Shown piece by piece: positions 39,227 to 51,281 of a stretch of 64,000 bases of DNA (position 1 is its first letter; each line of letters opens with the position of its first letter). Source of the DNA: Octopus bimaculoides (lineage: Eukaryota); contig NC_068981.1 in the NCBI RefSeq assembly GCF_001194135.2, positions 119,094,008 to 119,158,007 of the forward strand, given 5' to 3'. The translations under genes were made by a program, and so were the position numbers. Below the pieces are notes generated by a model that did not search any database, was not told the origin of the DNA, and saw only the letters and a list, made by a program, of their open reading frames with translations.

Positions 39227-39560
39227 ATAGGAAGATTGTAGCAAAATCCTTACAAACTTTGCAGCTTATGGAATGAATAATAGGCATGAATATATACTAA
39301 TAACGATAAGCAACTTTGCATAAATTGGGTTGAATAAAGAGGAAAATGTTAAAGGCAAAAAAGCTCAAAAGGTTTTAGTCATTGCTTTACATCATAGGAA
39401 GATTGTAGCAAAATCCTTACAAACTTTGCAGCTTATGGAATGAATAATAGGCATGAATATATACTAATATCGATAAGCAACTTTGCATAAATTGGGTTGA
39501 ATAAAGAGGAAAATGTTAAAGGCAAAAAAGCTCAAAAGGTTTTAGTCATTGCTTTACATC
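39227..39560. repeat. Direct tandem duplication, 2 x 167 bp
   Basis: 39227-39393 and 39394-39560 differ at one base (taACgat vs taTCgat). Confidence 0.95.
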
Positions 39561-40391
39561 TTTACCACACTTCAACGAATATAGGCTCTTACTGTGTTTA
39601 ATAGGTAAATTTTACTGAATTTGAACCTGAGAACGCTCCATTAGCATTCTTGAGTTATTTACTACCAAGAAAATCTACATGGGCAAACTGTTTTCAGTAG
39701 TAATACCAGAAGCGATCGCAATTATGCCACAACACGGTTCATTAGTCAATTTTCTGTTGAAAAATAGGGCATTGTGCAAAGAAATGGTATCATAATACTT
39801 CAAAGACATTGTTTAATCATAGAATACTGAAGACGTTCGCACTGGCAGTTTAGTTGTGGCACAACGGCCAATAATTGTTCCCAAAAAGCATGTCTTTTGG
39901 TCACTTTCCGTTTACAAATAGGATTCTGTGCATCACAAATGCACTCGTAACACTCCTTGGATATTGCTGCATATTTTAACACCAAAAACATTAAAATTGA
40001 CAACATAGGTTAGAAGCAAATCCAAATATTGCTCGAAAATGACCTTGCAACTGTGCGACCCGACCTCATTTTCGAGATTATTCTTGTAGTAAAAAAAAGA
40101 GTTGTGCAAAGAACATACATCATTTGGTAGCTGAAAGATTACAGAATTTTGGTACCTCATACGTCAAAATCAGCAGCTTAATTTTCGAATCCATAAGAAT
40201 CATACACATCAGACACACAAACTCTGTTTTATATATAAACATGAGGTTAGCTTCAGGAAGACCATCCAGCTGTAAAACAATTGTCTTAATAACATTTATC
40301 CAACCCATGGTAGCATGTACAAATTGCCATGAAAACAAACAAACATATATATATATATACATATATATATCTATATATATATATAATCCTC

Positions 40392-40570
40392 CTTTAACAT
40401 CTATTCTCCATGCTGGCAGGGGTTGGATGGTTTGACCAGGGCTGGCAAATTGTAGAGCTGCACCAAATTCCAATCTGATCTGGCTTGGTATCTACTGCTG
40501 GATGCCTTTCCTAATACCAACCACTTTACAGTGTGTCTTGGGTGTTTTTAATGTGGCACCAGCGTGAACA
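40392..40570 (-). mobile_element. SINE family C (tail ..ccaacccatgctagcatggaa.gcggacgttaaacgatgatg on minus strand); copies also at 50401, 51346, 60186, 61977, 63695
   Basis: Shared block tttaacgtccg..tccatgctagcatgggttggacg..ctggatgcccttcctaacgccaaccact. Confidence 0.8.
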
Positions 40571-40659
40571 GAGCAGGGCTGTCACACGATTTCCACCCTT
40601 CCCTACCAAACTCCACCACATGATATATCATGGACAATTGTTCTTAAAAGCACAGTAGT

Positions 40660-40737
40660 TTTATTGTCATTTAAATCAACATTGTAATAAAACATAGAGA
40701 TGAAAAAAGAACAAAATAAGTCAGTTTTAGATTTATT
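40660..40737 (-). promoter_or_regulatory. Candidate PNKP polyadenylation signals (AATAAA at 40732-40737 and 40660-40665)
   Basis: Two minus-strand AATAAA hexamers about 460-540 nt downstream of the stop codon. AATAAA is common in AT-rich DNA, so their use is unproven. Confidence 0.3.
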
Positions 40738-40811
40738 GAAGAGAGAAGTATCTTCACTGGATGATAAAAAAAGAAAAAAATTGTGTGATGCTTCAAACTT
40801 TGGCTCAAAGC

Positions 40812-40980
40812 CAGTAATTTCAGGGGAGGGGATAAGTTGATTACATTGGTCCCCAGTACTCAGCTGATACTTATTTTATCAACCCTGAAAAGGATGAAAG
40901 CCAAAGGCAACCTCATTGGAATCTGAACACAAAACATAAAGACAAATGAAATGCTGCTAAGCATTCTGCCAGCTCACAGC
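40812..40980 (-). mobile_element. SINE family A just downstream of the PNKP stop (probable 3' UTR)
   Basis: Family A core in reverse complement, with CpG sites decayed. Confidence 0.8.
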
Positions 40981-40982
40981 AT

Positions 40983-41056
40983 TAATAATAATAATGATAA
41001 TAATAATAATGATAATAATAATAATAATAATAATAATGATGATGATGATGATGATG
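40983..41056. repeat. (AAT)n(GAT)n microsatellite
   Basis: Direct reading of the sequence. Confidence 0.95.
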
Positions 41057-41137
41057 AAAATGTGGTAATGATGATAAACTACTGAAATGGAAAAATATAA
41101 TGATTATTCACAAGAGATCGGCAGACATTCATGACTG

Positions 41138-41170
<33 letters not shown>

Positions 41171-41198
41171 TCTATCCATCTGTATGTCTTAAAATTTC

Positions 41199-41340
41199 TC
41201 AGTTCTTGTCTTCAAAATATCGGTCAAGGAGAAATGAAGTGTAAAGTTTCTCATGCATTGGCGAGCTGAATTTGGGCACAAAGTTTATACTCAATATTTC
41301 AAGGAAACCTTCGCTGATTGTAGGCACTTCTAAATGTTTC
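41199..41340 (-). CDS. PNKP: PNKP last coding exon (R-KHLEVPTISEGFLEILSINFVPKFSSPMHEKLYTSFLLDRYFEDKN*)
   Basis: Acceptor ttcttttag|G; 142 nt ending in TGA at 41199-41201. Matches the PNKP C-terminus [20 protein letters not shown]...LY..F. Confidence 0.93.
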
Positions 41341-41797
41341 CTAAAAGAAATAAAGAAGAAAAAAGTTCAAAAGAAAGGAACAAAGAAGGTAAAACGAAAG
41401 AAAGAAAGGAGCATATGAAAGATGGAACAAAAAAGGGGGGAGACAGATGAAGAGAAAAAAAGAAAGACAAGGGATGGTAAGAAAGGAAGAAGAGACAGAA
41501 AAATGGATGATGGAGAAGAGGAGTGGAAGAAGATAGGAAGGGAAGCTGATGAGACGAGAGATGGAAAAGAAAGCAGAAAAAAAAAGAGAACAAGGAAAAT
41601 AAAAGAGCAAGGGAATGAAAAAAAATTAATGAAGAAAAAGAGAAGAAACAAATAAACAAGAAAAAAGATGGTGGTGGTGGTGGCGGCGGCAGTGGTGTTG
41701 GTGGTGACAGTGATGGTGGTAGTGTTCATGGCAGGCGATTGTAATGGTAGTGATGGCCAAACCATGATGATCTGATAATCTTGAAAATATAACTTAC

Positions 41798-41856
41798 CTA
41801 TATGCATGCATTACCATATCAGCAACTGGTTTGCTTTTAGAAATCATCACACGATA
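41798..41856 (-). CDS. PNKP: PNKP exon (59 nt; YRVMISKSKPVADMVMHAY+AG)
   Basis: Acceptor tatttcag|TAT and donor TAG|gtaagt. Matches PNKP [21 protein letters not shown]. Confidence 0.93.
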
Positions 41857-42062
41857 CTGAAATATAAATATGTTAAAAATATATTATCCATATGGATGTA
41901 TGTGCATTTGCATGGCTAAAAGGTTTATGAAGTTTGCTTTTGCAGTTAGGCAATCTGAGCTTTGATTTCATTGCAAGGCACCTTGGATCAATACAAACCT
42001 CAAGTTGACGGAAAACCACAACAAAGACTGTGTCAGTAATTAAAAGAGCCATCCTTGACATA

Positions 42063-42436
42063 CAGGGTGACCCAGAAGTAACCGAACCCTATTGAATTTA
42101 TTGAATATTGCTAATTGCTAATTATTCACCCACGGACCCGTGAAATGGTCTGCAAGGTCCAAACCTCAGTCCTCTGGACTTCTTTCTCTGGAGAGTACTC
42201 AAAAACCAGGTATTCAATGCTAAACCAAAAACTGTCAATAATCTGAAACAAAACTTCATAAATGCATACCAAGATATTATTACACCAGAGTAACCAATGA
42301 ACAATGCCATAATTGTATTGCAAATAATGGTTTACATTTTGAACATATGCTGTAACCTTGTGTAATAAATATTTCTGTTTCATTTATTTGTAACTTTTAA
42401 CAATAATTAGGGTTCAGTTACTTCAAAGCCACCCTG
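42063..42436 (+). mobile_element. Tc1/mariner internally deleted element in a PNKP intron
   Basis: TA|CAGGGTG..GAAGTAACCGAACCCTA / TAGGGTTCAGTTACTTC..CACCCTG|TA. The interior resembles WPxRSPDLxPLDFFLW. Confidence 0.9.
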
Positions 42437-42480
42437 TATGTAGTATCAGGCTGATTCTGTCTGAGGACTATCATAAGAAT

Positions 42481-42740
42481 GTGGCGGTGCATGGCTTAGT
42501 GGTTAGTGGTTAGAGATGTTTGACTCATGATTGTAAGATTGTGGTTTCAATTCCTGGATCATGCAATATGTTGTGTTCTTGAGCAAAACACTTCATTTCA
42601 AGTTGCTCCAGTTCACTCAGCTGACAAAAATTAGTAAACCTGTGATGGATTGGCGTCCCATCCAGTGGGGAATATATACACTGCAGAGACTGGCAAACTG
42701 GCCTTATGAGTCTATATGACTTGGGAAGGATCTTTATCCT
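42481..42740 (+). mobile_element. SINE family D
   Basis: Same head as 38287 but CpG-decayed. Confidence 0.8.
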
Positions 42741-42829
42741 TTTTCTTCTTATCTTAAGAAGACGTGTGTCTGTTGAATACCCAACCACTTACACCATAAT
42801 TCAGTGAGTATGGTAGTTCTGTTGATCAA

Positions 42830-42995
42830 CCTTTTAGCATTCAGATTACTCTGTCAAATGTAATATTTATTCATTTATTTATTTATTTATTTATCTATAT
42901 TGTTTTGAATTAATCATGCATTATCTTACAACTTTGAGATTTTGATGATGTGATTGTTTATTTTTAAAATGAAATTGTAGGGCAGGTGTGAGAGG
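42830..42995 (+). mobile_element. Truncated piggyBac-like MITE
   Basis: ccttttagcattcagattactctgtcaaatg.. is shared with 50305-51281 and, in reverse complement, with 59853-60010. Confidence 0.7.
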
Positions 42996-43810
42996 CTAAA
43001 GTAGGAAAGAGGTACAGGAACAGCTGTGTTGCTGTAGAGGAGATACATGGGTACCCCAGCAAAGATGGGAGAAGAAATGGTGGAGATGAGATGTCAGGGC
43101 ATCCCCTCAAAGTGTACAGAGAGAGAATAGGAGTAGGGAACAGAGAATCAGGAGTGGCCAGATGGGTAGGTAGTGGGGATGAGGTAAAGTGTAAGAGAGA
43201 CAGAAGATGCACAGTTACAGAGGTCAGGCATATATATAGAGGTGGATACAGTGAATTACAAAATGGCCTGTACCAACAATTTTTCCTAACCATTAAATAA
43301 CAAATAGAAACATGTATTTTATTCAAGTAACACCTATCAGTACAGTATGCTTCAAATAATAATAAAAAAAGAATGAATGTGTCACCTGTGGAAAATCCAC
43401 AGGTATTCATTCATTGTTTAATGAAATTGTCACACCTAAAATATGAGTAACTTTTAGTGACAGAGGTTACTGAACTGAACTTAAACAGGTGGATATTTTG
43501 ATATCTTTAATATCTTGTTGGGTTATGATGACATCCATGTTTTGGACAATGGCTACCTAGCACTGCATTTGCTTGTTGTTGTTGATGTTATTGTTAAGGT
43601 GAAGTTTGTCAGAGGCACTGAAAAACATTTTGAAATAAATATTGCCAAAACTGAAACATTACAGGATTTTTTATTGTTAAACTATACAGAGACACCTAAC
43701 CCTTCTTACAAACCTTAACAATAAGTAAATTATAATAGATAAGAGAAGAACATTTCATTCTTGTTATACTCTGGTGAGGACATACAACCAGCTGCTGTTG
43801 TAGTTATTGA

Positions 43811-44022
43811 CTTCGAATTTTGGCACAAGGCCAGCAATTTCGAGGGTGAGGGTAAGTCAATTACATTGGCCCCATTACTCAACTGGTACTTATTTTATCA
43901 ACCCCAAAAGAATGACAGGCAAAGTCAACCTCAGCAGAATTTGAACTCAAGAAACATAAAGACAGATGAAATGCCACTAAGCATTTTGCCCAGTGTGCTA
44001 ATGATTCTACCAGCTCATCGCC
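43811..44022 (-). mobile_element. SINE family A
   Basis: Full core in reverse complement, CpG-decayed. Confidence 0.85.
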
Positions 44023-44621
44023 TTTGCTGCTGTAGTTATTACTATATACAACATCACAAGGCCTTGTTATTCTTTTGGATGATAACTGTAGTATCACTGA
44101 TAAATGAAAGAACTACTTACATTGCTGACAACATTGACCAATAACAACTAGAGAGGGTTGCTTATGACAAGGAATAGCAGCAGATTCCACTTTAAAAAGA
44201 ATGACACAACAGTGATGGCATTGTTATGCTAATTATGGTAGCATTGCATACAAGCTGTTCAAAGCTATTGAAGGACAGCAGTACAACCTTTTGATCTGTA
44301 CAATACATGACAACAACCATCAATTTAGTTGATATTCAATATCAAATGAACTTATACGAAAATGCATCACCATTTACTGTCTTCCACTCTGGTATGGTCT
44401 GGAAGTCTTAACAGGATTTAATCCGATGAGCCAAAGGACCATTTCCAGCNNNNNNNNNNNNNNNNNNNNNNNNNNNNNNNNNNNNNNNNNNNNNNNNNNN
44501 NNNNNNNNNNNNNNNNNNNNNNNNNNNNNNNNNNNNNNNNNNNNNNNNNNNNNNNNNNNNNNNNNNNNNNNNNNNNNNNNNNNNNNNNNNNNNNNNNNNN
44601 NNNNNNNNNNNNNNNNNNNNN

Positions 44622-44930
44622 TGGGCAAGTGTCTTCTACTATAACCTCGGGCCGACCAAAGCCTTGTGAGTGGATTTGGTAGACGGAAACTGAAAGAAGC
44701 CTGTCGTATATATGTATATGTATATATATATATGTGTGTTTGTCCCCCCACCATCGCTTGACAACCGATGCAGGTGTGTTTACGTCCCTGTAACTTAGCG
44801 GTTCGGCAAAAAGAGACCAATAGAATAAGTACTAGGCTTACAAAAGAATAAGTCCTGGGGTCGATTTGCTCAACTAAAGGTGGTGCTCCAGCATGGCCAC
44901 AGTCAAATGACTGAAACAAGTAAAAGAGTA
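44622..44930 (+). mobile_element. SINE family B (young-looking; 5' end lies in a gap)
   Basis: Close to consensus with CpGs retained. Confidence 0.88.
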
Positions 44931-45916
44931 TATCATGATTTCATTGCTAGTAAACATCTTATTCTCATTAACAGTATTGAGGATCAGATAAATGACAAGA
45001 GTGCTCAGGTGAAATGCGTATTCAGTGAACACGTAGTGGTAAGGGATGACATTGGGAGTGTGGGATGGGTGACAAGGGGAGTGGTTCCAAGCAGTGGGGA
45101 GCAATCACTCTCATATAATTACAGTAGCTGAGCAGTAGTACTGTAGTCAGAGGTGAGGGAGGAGTGGTTGAGGAGTGACAGGTACAGATTGGGTGAAGCA
45201 TAGATTGATATGCTGAGATGAAAAGTTTGGGTGGGTGAGAAGAACAAAATGGCCATTAGAGTTGAAATAGAGATGGCCAGGATCAGTAAAGATCAGGCTG
45301 GTGAAATAAACAGATAGGATTGTATGCTGTTATGCCATAAGTAAAAATAAAAACTAATATTTCTACTTAATGCAATACCCTGTACTCGATGTTAGTCTCC
45401 ACTCATCTCAATCATATATAATATACACAACTTCTGGTTATAAAATGTAAAGCTGAACTCAAAGCACAAACGCATGGCACTTTCTTTGAAGTAATTAACG
45501 AGCATATGGTGAAGATCTTCTTTAGTCTACACTCTACTCATGTGCACCCAGCCTGATTTGAAATGCAAGGTATTGATTTTGGTCTGTTTCTATTAATCAA
45601 GACTGTCATTTTATTTACAGAAAACCTTAAGACAATTTTTGCCTACAGGAAATGTGACATGAAAAAAATACATTTATCATTTTCTATCTAAGGTCTTACT
45701 CTTGAATTTTTATTTCTGATATCTGATTTTGTCTCAGACCATAAGCAAAGCAAAACTTATCTTTAATCAGGTGAGATAACTCCATGATTCCATAATTAAA
45801 TCTATTTTTATTTTTATTTACTAATTTTTTGTAATAATGCTACAACAAATATCTTAATTCTAATTCTAACACTGATTGAATAATATTGCTCTTTTGTTTA
45901 AATTTTAATATATTTC

Positions 45917-46236
45917 TGCATGGGTCAGTGGTTAGAGCATTGAGCTCACAACCATGAGGTAGTATGTTCAATTCCTGGACCAGACTGTGTTTTGTGTTCT
46001 TGAGCAAGATACTTTATTTCATGTTGCTCCAGATCATTCAGTTTTAGAAATGAGTTGCAACATCACTGGTGCCAAGCTGTATCAGCCTTTGCCTTTCCCT
46101 TGGATAATATCAGTGGCATGGAGAGGGGAGGCTGGTATGCATGGGCGACTGGTGGTCTTCCATAAACAACCTTGCCCGGACTTGTGTCTAGGAGAGTAAC
46201 TTTCTAGGTGCAATCCCATGGTCATTGATGACCGAA
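45917..46236 (+). mobile_element. SINE family D (long form)
   Basis: Family D head plus a longer body ending ..gaccgaagggg. Confidence 0.75.
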
Positions 46237-46429
46237 GGGGATTTTTCTATAAATTGTTAGGAGAAATGTTTTATTTGCTGATATCTTGATAGACTGTATC
46301 ACTGAACAGCTTGCTCTGAGTTCAAATCCCACCAAAGCTAATTTAGTGTTAACAAATTTTTCAGTCTGAAAAACTGAATAACAAAGAAGTGGGCCAAAAC
46401 TAGGTCACGGTCTGATGCAAAATATATGG

Positions 46430-46685
46430 AATATGATAAGTTATGGGGATGTAAACACACTAACACTGGTTGTCAAGTGGTGATNNNNNNNNNNATATAT
46501 ATATGTATGTATGTATATATACAATGGGTTTCTTTTCAGTTTCCATCTACCAAATCCACTCACAAGGCTTTGGTTGGCCTGAGGCTATAGAAGACACTTG
46601 CCCAATGTGACATGCAATGGGACCGAACCCAGAACCACGTAGTTGGAACGCAAACTTCCTACCTAACAGCCACTCATGTGCCTAT
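46430..46685 (-). mobile_element. SINE family B
   Basis: Reverse complement of the family B head and middle. Confidence 0.8.
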
Positions 46686-48206
46686 ATATATATATATATA
46701 TATTTATATTTTTATTTGTTCTTTCATTTTATGTCCATTTTTCATTTTTCCATGCAGTTATGAGTTAGAGGAATACATTATGAAGCATTGTTTTACAGTT
46801 GGATGTCATTCCTATCATTAACTTTTACCTGTTTTTCAAATTAGGGATCTCTTATTTCACTCATTTTCAAAGGTGCAAAATATATAGACAATTTGTTGAC
46901 AGAAGTGACAACACTACTCCTCTTAGTGACTTTCATAGACTACAGATGTAAACACACACATACACATAACATTGTTATTGTTTTAACATCTACTTTTCCA
47001 TGCTTGCATGGGTCAGACATAAGTACAATAGAGCAAAGATCTCCTACAGCCAGATGCTCTTTGTTGTGCCAAACCCATATGTTTCCAAGCAACATAATAA
47101 TCACTTAGTCTATCAAACAACAAACAGCCGAGACATGTTTATAGAGAGAGCTGGGAACAAATCACACCATATGAATGAGCCTTTTGTTTACAAAGACTGT
47201 GCATGTCAAGAAGACATGACAAGAAGCCTGAACATGTTTCCATGATGAATTGCAAGCAAATGATGCGGTCTGTCACCATCAATGAGGTAATTGTCTACAA
47301 CCAATAAACAAATGTAAAGACAAGGGAAAGATGAATTCACAGGCTTCTTTCAGTTTTCACCAAACAAATCCACTCACAAAGATTTGGTTGGCTCACACAG
47401 TGGGACAGAACCTGAAATCATGTAGTTGGGAAGCAGACTTTTCAACCATACAAGTCGTGCCTGAGATGTAAAGAAAACTATGTGATTATAAAATTTGCAT
47501 CATAACTACAAAGTTCCTGGATAGATCCTACTGCACAGTATCTTAGATAAGAGTTTTCTCGCGCCAGCTGAGGTCCACCAATGACCACTCCCTTGTGAGT
47601 GGATACACAGGAACTGTGCAAAAACCCATCTCATACATATTCACATGTGCGTGTATGTGTGCGAGTGGGGGGGGTATATATGTCTGTGTTTGTTTACTAG
47701 TGTAAAACTGATGAAGTGTCAAAAAACAATTTAGCATTTTGATTAAATAGAAAATGGGATCAATATGATCAACAAAATACTCATAAGGTTAATACCCCAG
47801 CATGGCCACAATTCAGTGAGAAAAATCACTGAAAAAATACAGATTTCCATATGTGCCCTAGTTTTTAGAATAGGGATGCTATATCTCCATGTGTTATAAG
47901 AGACAATAAATGAGGTGGCAGGAGGAAGGACATCCAACCACAAAAAACTGCCTTAAGAAAAAGCCTCATCCAAACCATATCAGCATGGAAAATGAACATA
48001 AAAACAACAATGAAATACATGCATACTAATTATACACACACTTGCTATAAAAGTCTCCACTTCCGCTAATAATGCATAGCACAGTAAATTTCCATAATGC
48101 TACTACCTTTCATTCATCTTCATAGCTTTTATGACATAAGCGAAAATTTGCATTATAGCAGTAAACTTATTCATCCATGAAATTTTTCATTAAATATTCT
48201 CCTTAC

Positions 48207-48294
48207 CTTTTCATTGTGTCGGGCATGGTTAAGAGACACTGCGAAATGAAAACAGCGACATGGAATGGACAATTGCTTTGCAACATCTATGTAC
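48207..48294 (-). CDS. PNKP: PNKP exon (88 nt; R-YIDVAKQLSIPCRCFHFAVSLNHARHNEK)
   Basis: Acceptor tctttatag|G and donor AAG|gtaagg. Matches PNKP [29 protein letters not shown]; frame is continuous with both neighbouring exons. Confidence 0.95.
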
Positions 48295-48501
48295 CTATAA
48301 AGAAACAATTAATATTAAGTTCATTCAAGCATTTATTCATTCATCTTCACTAATTCAATGCATAAATGTAAATGCTTCAGAGAACCCCCATAATATTAAA
48401 GTCATATCTTATCAACTCAGTCAGTGGAAGCTCTACAAGATGTATATTCAGCCAGTAGGATTAATTGAATTCACCAGTCAACTAATATATCTACTACTTA
48501 T

Positions 48502-48714
48502 GGTGGCAAGTGACAGAATTGTTAACACTCCGGGCAAAATGCTTAGCAGCATTTTGTCTGCTATTACATTCTGAGTTCACATTCCACCAAGGTCAACTTT
48601 GCCTTTCATCTTTCTGGGTCAATAAAATAAGTACCTGTTGAACACTGGGATTGTTGTAATTAACTTTCTCCCACCCCATAATTTGCTGCCCTTGTGCCAA
48701 AATTTGAAACCAAT
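48502..48714 (+). mobile_element. SINE family A
   Basis: Full core, CpG-decayed. Confidence 0.85.
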
Positions 48715-48910
48715 AAATATATTTACTCACAGCAGTGTAGTACACTGTCACAAGCAGTTGTATACTTCACCACCTATTTGACTCTTTCTATACCAAGCCA
48801 CCCAACACCACCTCTGGATCTATAATGCAAACTTTTTATTTTCAAATGACCTAAAGTAAAACCTTCCATCAAAATGTCATGCTCTTTTATGTTCAAGATA
48901 TCTTAATAAT

Positions 48911-49123
48911 CCTTTCTACTATACGCACAAGGCCCGAAATTTGGACGAGGGAGATAGTTGATTACATCAACCCCAGTACTCAACTGGTACTTATTTTGTT
49001 GACCCCGAAAAGATGAAAGGAAAGGTCAACCCCAGCGACATTTGAACTTAGAACATGAAGACAAAGGAAATATTGCTAAGTATTTCACCTGCGCGTGCCA
49101 ACAATTCTGCCAGCTCACTGCCT
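48911..49123 (-). mobile_element. SINE family A (inverted relative to 48502-48714)
   Basis: Full core in reverse complement. Confidence 0.85.
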
Positions 49124-50304
49124 TAAGATATCTCAATAATGAGGGAGTCATTTTACTACTACATTATTTTCAAAATTTGTTGAAACAAAGACATTGTATT
49201 TTGACAGAATGATAAAACATCAAGCCAATGAAAGAGCCTCAATATCATACAACTGCTAGAAATAGTCCACCAATCCCCCTCAAATCACACCCTAACATCT
49301 TAGATAACAAAAGTATACATTAGGAAATATAGTTCTACATGACCTCATACAGACAGAATGGTTTTAGCTTTTGATTATATGTCTACTTAATCAAGTTTAA
49401 CCTGGGGCTAAACAACAACAGTCAACTAAGAGTTAGATGGGCTCAGCTGTTGAGAATTAACAATCTTGAACACAAGATATGTCTCAGCTGTTTATCTGCT
49501 ACTTTATCATTCACACTCTTACATATATTTACATCATTACAGCATTATAACCAGTTTAACAATTCATCACAAATGCATGGCTATCTCTACAACAAGAAAC
49601 AAATTTTGAAATTGTAATCAATGTTTGTAAATTCAAAGGACCCAGCTGCTTGTTAACATTAATAATTCTGTCTTAATCTTTTACAGATCAAAATATAATG
49701 ATTGTAGATTGCAGGAAGTTGATACGTAAGATATGAAACTGCAAGCACTTTGCTCTCTCTCTCTCTCTCTCTCTATTCCAATTGATAATACAAAGTATTT
49801 ATTCATTGTCATGAGTAGTTTCTAACTGACACTGCAAATCACTAAATTGAGGCTACTAACCCACCGAGCCACAAGAAATTTTAATCAAATGTTTCATTTA
49901 ACCAACTACACTCGTCAACCATAGAAGCACATGATGATGAAAACTATACAACAATTAATAATAACAGTATTTAATTAAGAAATCATGACAAGCCTGATAG
50001 GACTAGCTGAAAAATACTAACTCTTGTTAAGAGAAGCTTGAATTAGAATAGAGAAGTAATTAAATGCAAGATGAGATTACAGAGGGTTTAGTAGGATTTA
50101 CAATCAACAGGCTTCTCATAATGCTGTAAAATAAATCAAAGTGGTTTTCTTAATTTTTACTTTTCACAGGAACTCTGAACTGCAAATTAAAAAATAATGG
50201 AAAATCAAAAATAATTGAACATTTAACAACATCAGTGACTCTAATATGGAGGTGATGTCAACATTTGCTGCAAAGGTTCATAACAATGGAGTTTAATTCA
50301 AGAA

Positions 50305-51281
50305 CCTGTAGCATTCAGATTACTCTGTCAAATGTCATGCTTATTTATTCACAATGGTTTGAATTAATCATTAATAATCCCATAGCTTTGAGATTTTGAT
50401 ATCATCATCATCATCATCATCGTTTAACATCCGCTTTCCATGCTGGCATGGGTTGGACTGTTTGACTGAGGACTGACAAGCCAGGAGGTTGCACCAGGCT
50501 CCAATCTGTTCCGGCAAGGTTTCTACAGCTGGATGCCCTTCCTAACACCAACCACTCCGAGAGTGTAGTGGGTGCTTTTTATGTGCCACTGGCATGGGGG
50601 CCAGTCAGCCATCAACCACACTCAAATGATGCTTTTTATGTGTCACCAGCACTGGCATCAGTCACACACAAATGGTGCTTTTTACGTGCCATAGCTTACA
50701 CCAGGTACATCTTATGTAATTTCTACTTATGCCTTTTCTACAGATCGAGCAGAACCATCTACTTGAAGGGATTTGTGATTTGTCTGCCTTCCTACTTATT
50801 ATTAGATTGACTCTAAGGCCCTTCAATTTATAAACCTTACTTCCACACCTGAAATTTCTCCTATAGTCCGGGTAGTGACTCAGCTATTAGAGGAAGGTCA
50901 TCAGCATAGAGGAGCTCCCAGGGGCAGCCTGTCTTGAATTCCTCTGCTATTGATTGGAGGACTGTGATGAATAAGAGGGGGCTGAGGATTGATCCTTGGT
51001 GAACCCCTACTTCTACTCAGAATTCTTCACTGTACTTGTTTCCAACCCTCACCTTACTGATAGCATCCCAGTATATGGCTTGTACATCTCTCACCAACCA
51101 TTCATCTATCCCTAGTTTCCACATTAACCACCAGATAAGGAATCGGTTTTCTCCATGTCATGTGATTATTTATTTTTAAAATGACAATGTAGGGTAGGCA
51201 TGAGAGGTCAGATCTGGCTGATGTGAACAGAAAACAGGTACAATATTTTGACCGGATATGGCCAGTTTAAATGCTAAAGAG
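50305..51281 (+). mobile_element. piggyBac-like MITE split by a SINE C + RTE insertion (MITE parts 50305-50400 and 51160-51281)
   Basis: The two parts rejoin to match the 42830 copy; the right end is ..aatgctaaagag|TTAA. Confidence 0.75.
50695..51140 (-). mobile_element. RTE-clade LINE reverse transcriptase fragment
   Basis: KLGIDEWLVRDVQAIY..VEVGVHQGSILSPLLFITVL..GCPWELLYADDL (YADD motif). Confidence 0.9.

Noticed and set aside
41330-41807. Phe/Leu/Ser-rich and Lys/Glu/Arg-rich ORFs
   Set aside because: They are translations of the low-complexity last PNKP intron.
49687-49725. Plus-strand exon-like 39-mer (tcttttacag|...|gtaaga) antisense to PNKP
   Set aside because: No partner exons and no recognisable protein; expected by chance.
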